Positions 31,295 through 34,168 of a stretch of DNA of 34,168 nucleotides are shown piece by piece; the stretch's first letter is position 1; each line of letters opens with the position of its first letter. The stretch spans positions 1 through 34,168 of the forward strand of contig JBBIPM010000003.1 in NCBI GenBank assembly GCA_037442865.1. Reading direction: 5' to 3'. The notes beneath the pieces are model-generated. The model had not been told where the DNA came from. It did not search any database and saw nothing but the letters and a program-made list of their open reading frames with translations. The DNA is from Candidatus Woesearchaeota archaeon. Its GTDB lineage: Archaea; Nanobdellota; Nanobdellia; Woesearchaeales; UBA525. A program made the translations under genes and the position numbers.

Positions 31295-32656
31295 ATGCCC
31301 CGTCGTCAATGCGTCGCGTCGCCGTTCCCGCGGCGCCTTTCCCCCGTGTCCCGCTGTCCGCGTCCGCCCTTCTCTTCCGCGCCTTTCTCCATCCCCTCCG
31401 CTTCCTTTTCCTTGCTCGCCACATCCCTCCTCCTCTTTCTGCTCCTCGTCGCTGCCTGCACCCCGTATGCGGGCCGCGGCCGAGGCGTCGACGCTGAACG
31501 AGCGAAGTACTACCAGGGGCAGCAGGGTGTCGAGATACGCATCGATCAGCTGCCGCCGAAGCTCTACTACTACGGGAACGTGCCGGAGACGAGCCATAAT
31601 GAGTTCCCCTTCGCAGTCGAGGCATGGAATAAGGGAAGCGCCTATTCGCGCGGCGCAGTCTTCATCTCCGGCTACAACCCGCACATAATCGAGATCGAGC
31701 AGATCCCGATCACCGGGCTCTACCCCGGCGCCTGCTCCTTGCGGCTCGGCGATTACAGCCTCAACAAGTTTGGCATCACCCTGCAGTGCGGAGAGAACTT
31801 CCGCTGGTCGGGTAGCGAAGGGAACTGGTTCGAATCCCTCTCGCTCCGCGGCAAGACGTGGTTCACGGAGAGTCCCTTGGAGAACCTCATCCTGAACTTC
31901 AACAGCCGGAACGGCGGAGAGCAGATCGACCTGATCTTCGACAGCTTCCGCTTCTCACGCGACTACCGGCAGCGCGGCCTCGTCCTGATCGCAATCCTCG
32001 CCGGGCTCAGCTTCGAGAAGTATCTGGGGCAGGAGTTCCTCCTCGCAGGGAACACGTACGAGTATCCTGGCGGCGAGCTGGACTACATCGAGTACAACGC
32101 GCGGATTGTCAACTGGCCAGAAGGCGCCGACGAGATCCCGCAGACGTTCAAGGCGACGAGCTGCTACATGTACACCACCTTCGCCGCCCCCGTCGTCTGC
32201 ATCGATCCGCAGCCCTACGCCGAGACGAGGAAGGTCTGCACTCCGCTCCAGGCGAGCTACAGCTCAGGCCAAGGCGCGCCGGTCGCGGTCACGCGCGTCA
32301 CGCAGGAGAACACGCCGCGCACCGCGGTCTTCCACTTCACGATCCGGAACGTCGGCGACGGCACGGTCTTCGACGCCGGGCAGCTCGAGAAGTGCAGCCC
32401 ATACTTCCCGGGCGGAGCGAAGAGCAGCGACCTGAACGTCGTCTGGATCGGCTCCGTCAGGATTGACGACACGGATCTCGTCTGCACGCCCGAACGCTAT
32501 GTCCGGCTCCAGAACGGCCAGGGTTCATTCACCTGCACGTATCCCATCCAGCACGCGCAGCTCAACAGCGCCTACCAGACGCCCATCGTGATAGAGCTCT
32601 GGTACGGATATTCGAAAGACGTAGTGAGAACGATCCCGATCAAGCGGGTCGCATAG
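31295..32656 (+). CDS. lipobox lipoprotein (envelope operon gene D)
   Basis: ATG 31295 is preceded by GGTGAT and lies 31 nt after the gene C stop. A long R/P/S n-region precedes SLLATSLLLFLLLVAAC. Motifs CY.Y, SSGQGAPVAVT, RNVGDGTV and the terminal WYGYSKDVVRTIPIKRV are shared with C and E. The tracked ORF start at 31094 overlaps gene C and is rejected. Confidence 0.82.
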   Translation: MPRRQCVASPFPRRLSPVSRCPRPPFSSAPFSIPSASFSLLATSLLLFLLLVAACTPYAGRGRGVDAERAKYYQGQQGVEIRIDQLPPKLYYYGNVPETSHNEFPFAVEAWNKGSAYSRGAVFISGYNPHIIEIEQIPITGLYPGACSLRLGDYSLNKFGITLQCGENFRWSGSEGNWFESLSLRGKTWFTESPLENLILNFNSRNGGEQIDLIFDSFRFSRDYRQRGLVLIAILAGLSFEKYLGQEFLLAGNTYEYPGGELDYIEYNARIVNWPEGADEIPQTFKATSCYMYTTFAAPVVCIDPQPYAETRKVCTPLQASYSSGQGAPVAVTRVTQENTPRTAVFHFTIRNVGDGTVFDAGQLEKCSPYFPGGAKSSDLNVVWIGSVRIDDTDLVCTPERYVRLQNGQGSFTCTYPIQHAQLNSAYQTPIVIELWYGYSKDVVRTIPIKRVA

Positions 32657-32668
32657 GAGGAGAGAACC

Positions 32669-33646
32669 ATGAAACGAGCGATGTTCATCATGATTGCGGC
32701 GATGCTCCTGCTCGCCGCGTGCGGACAGACGGCGACAGGCCCTGACCTGACCCGGCCGTTCATCGGCGGCAAGGTCGGCGTCGGCGTGGGTCTGATCGAC
32801 GGGATGCCCCCGGCGGCGGTCTACGACAAGCAGCGGATGAACTTCGGGGTCGGCGCATCGCTCCACAACCTCGGCGAGGCGGACATAGGCCCGAATACTC
32901 CTAACCCGTTCGTCCGCGTCTCGCTCGACGGCTTCTCCCCGCGCGCCTTCGGACTCACCGCCTCGGAGATGACGCGCGACCTGGATCGGCCGCTGCTCGG
33001 CAGCAAGAAGAACTTCGATGGCACCATCCTGCCCGGGCAGCTCGCCAACATCGTCTTCGAGCCCCTCAGCTACCAGGATCAGCTGCAGGGGAACTTCGTC
33101 CAGAACATGGTGGTGCGGACCTGCTATGACTATGAGAACTGGGCCACGGCGCCGATCTGCTTCAAGAACGAGATCTATCAGACGGCGCAGGATATCTGCT
33201 CCCTGACGGGCGAGAAGTTCCCGCAGAACAGCGGCGGCCCGCTCCATGTCACCTCGTTGGTCCAGAACCCGCTGGGGCCGTACAAGGTGATGATCAGCTT
33301 CGTGCTCGAGCATGTCGGCACCGGCGACTTCTATGGCCGCACCGCGGAGGAGACGTGCAACCCGAACACGATGAATATGAACAAGTACAAGGTCGAGGTG
33401 GCGGTGACGAGCCGCGATCCGGAGATGGGGATCGAGTGCAGCACGCTCAGTTCCTCCTCCGCTAACCGGAACAGGGGGACGATCACGCTCTTCGCCGGCG
33501 CGCCGCAGACCGTGACGTGCACCCTGACTGCGCCGCCAGGGAGCGGGAACACGATCTTCACCGACCCGATCATGATTAGCGCGAAGTATCGGTACGGCGA
33601 GATGCTGACCCAGCCGATCATCATCCAGGCGGTCGGCGACCGGTAG
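32669..33646 (+). CDS. lipobox lipoprotein (envelope operon gene E)
   Basis: 325 aa. Textbook signal MKRAMFIMIAAMLLLAAC. GGAGGAG lies upstream of the ATG. Motifs TCYDYENWATAPICF, DICS, GGPLHVTS, EHVGTGDF and AKYRYGEMLTQPIIIQAV are shared with C and D. Confidence 0.88.
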   Translation: MKRAMFIMIAAMLLLAACGQTATGPDLTRPFIGGKVGVGVGLIDGMPPAAVYDKQRMNFGVGASLHNLGEADIGPNTPNPFVRVSLDGFSPRAFGLTASEMTRDLDRPLLGSKKNFDGTILPGQLANIVFEPLSYQDQLQGNFVQNMVVRTCYDYENWATAPICFKNEIYQTAQDICSLTGEKFPQNSGGPLHVTSLVQNPLGPYKVMISFVLEHVGTGDFYGRTAEETCNPNTMNMNKYKVEVAVTSRDPEMGIECSTLSSSSANRNRGTITLFAGAPQTVTCTLTAPPGSGNTIFTDPIMISAKYRYGEMLTQPIIIQAVGDR

Positions 33647-33763
33647 GATCCTGAGAAAACCCTTTTCCTTTCTTTCGGCTCTTCGCCGTTTTCGTCATCC
33701 GTTCTCGTCCCGCCCTCGTCCGGCTTGTCGTGATCCCCGCTTCTCGCCCATTTCCGGAGCCTG

Positions 33764-34078
33764 CTACTCCGGCGCGTTGATGATCTCGAAGACGAGGAGC
33801 GCGGTAATGATGATGGTGAGGAAGAGGTTGAAGCCGGGGCCGAGGTAGAGGACGAGCACGTTGTTCAGCACGAATGCGGTGAAGATGACTGCTGAGAAGA
33901 ACGTCTCGCCGCGACGCCAGAGTAGGATCGCGTAGGCGAGGAGCGCGGCGCTGATCAGGAAGAGCGATTCGAGCGGCAGGTAATACGGGATCAGCCCGTA
34001 GAGGATCCAGAGCGAGATGAGGAGCGTGAAGCGGAGGATGGTGCTCGTTCCATACTCGCCGCGGCCCCAGCGCGCCAT
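33764..34078 (-). CDS. hypothetical small membrane protein (about 3 TM)
   Basis: 104 aa, three long hydrophobic stretches, convergent with gene E. A TATA-like element lies at leaderless distance upstream. Confidence 0.55.
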   Translation of the reverse strand: MARWGRGEYGTSTILRFTLLISLWILYGLIPYYLPLESLFLISAALLAYAILLWRRGETFFSAVIFTAFVLNNVLVLYLGPGFNLFLTIIITALLVFEIINAPE

Positions 34079-34100
34079 GCTTCGCTGAGCGTCGTTCGTG

Positions 34101-34110
34101 ATTAATAAAT
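34101..34110 (-). promoter_or_regulatory. TATA-like element (ATTTATTAAT on the minus strand) for the 34078 gene
   Basis: The centre is about 27 nt upstream of the minus-strand ATG at 34078. Confidence 0.45.
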
Positions 34111-34168
34111 CTTCAGGGTACAGTCAACTAGAGTGTGTTGCGGTTCCAGTGGTGGAACCACATGGCGA

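Noticed and set aside
34142-34159. Perfect hairpin ggttcca-gtgg-tggaacc at the window edge, considered as a tRNA T-arm or terminator
   Set aside because: The loop is too short and lacks the TTCRA T-loop consensus. No acceptor or anticodon arms are visible, and the window ends 9 nt later, so nothing can be concluded.

Overview
High-GC archaeal chromosomal segment; no rRNA, tRNA, CRISPR array or mobile element was recognised. Positions 1306-13968 (+) hold an uninterrupted 23-gene ribosomal-protein operon in the canonical archaeal order: L3-L4-L23-L2-S19-L22-S3-L29-SUI1-S17-L14-L24-S4e-L5-S14-S8-L6-L32e-L19e-L18-S5-L30-L15. It has a BRE/TATA promoter and a leader of roughly 130 nt. After a purine-poor spacer, secY has its own leaderless-type promoter and is followed directly by a DUF106/Oxa1-like insertase. 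Next come L34e, L14e, a polytopic membrane protein and a frameshifted nucleoside-deoxyribosyltransferase(NDT)-like gene. adk, cmk and the RNase P Rpp29 gene, which often sit in this neighbourhood, are absent. The minus strand carries pheS-maf-orf-pheT, and an ArmA/RmtB(FmrO)-type 16S rRNA methyltransferase homolog overlapping the stop of pelota. A TrmB-family regulator and a second NDT-like gene lie between them. The most unusual part is a tightly packed five-gene operon (26535-33646). It encodes an N-anchored protein with three beta-sandwich repeats, and a 5-TM protein with a cytosolic coiled coil and a large ectodomain. It also encodes three lipobox lipoproteins that are paralogs of that ectodomain. 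I cannot assign this operon to any characterised system. Recurrent themes across the window are K/A/E/P-rich tails on many r-proteins, many perfect short tandem duplications (one of which frameshifts a gene), C/T-only spacers at operon boundaries, and stereotyped start-codon cassettes. All calls come from reading the sequence and ORF translations; no database search was run.
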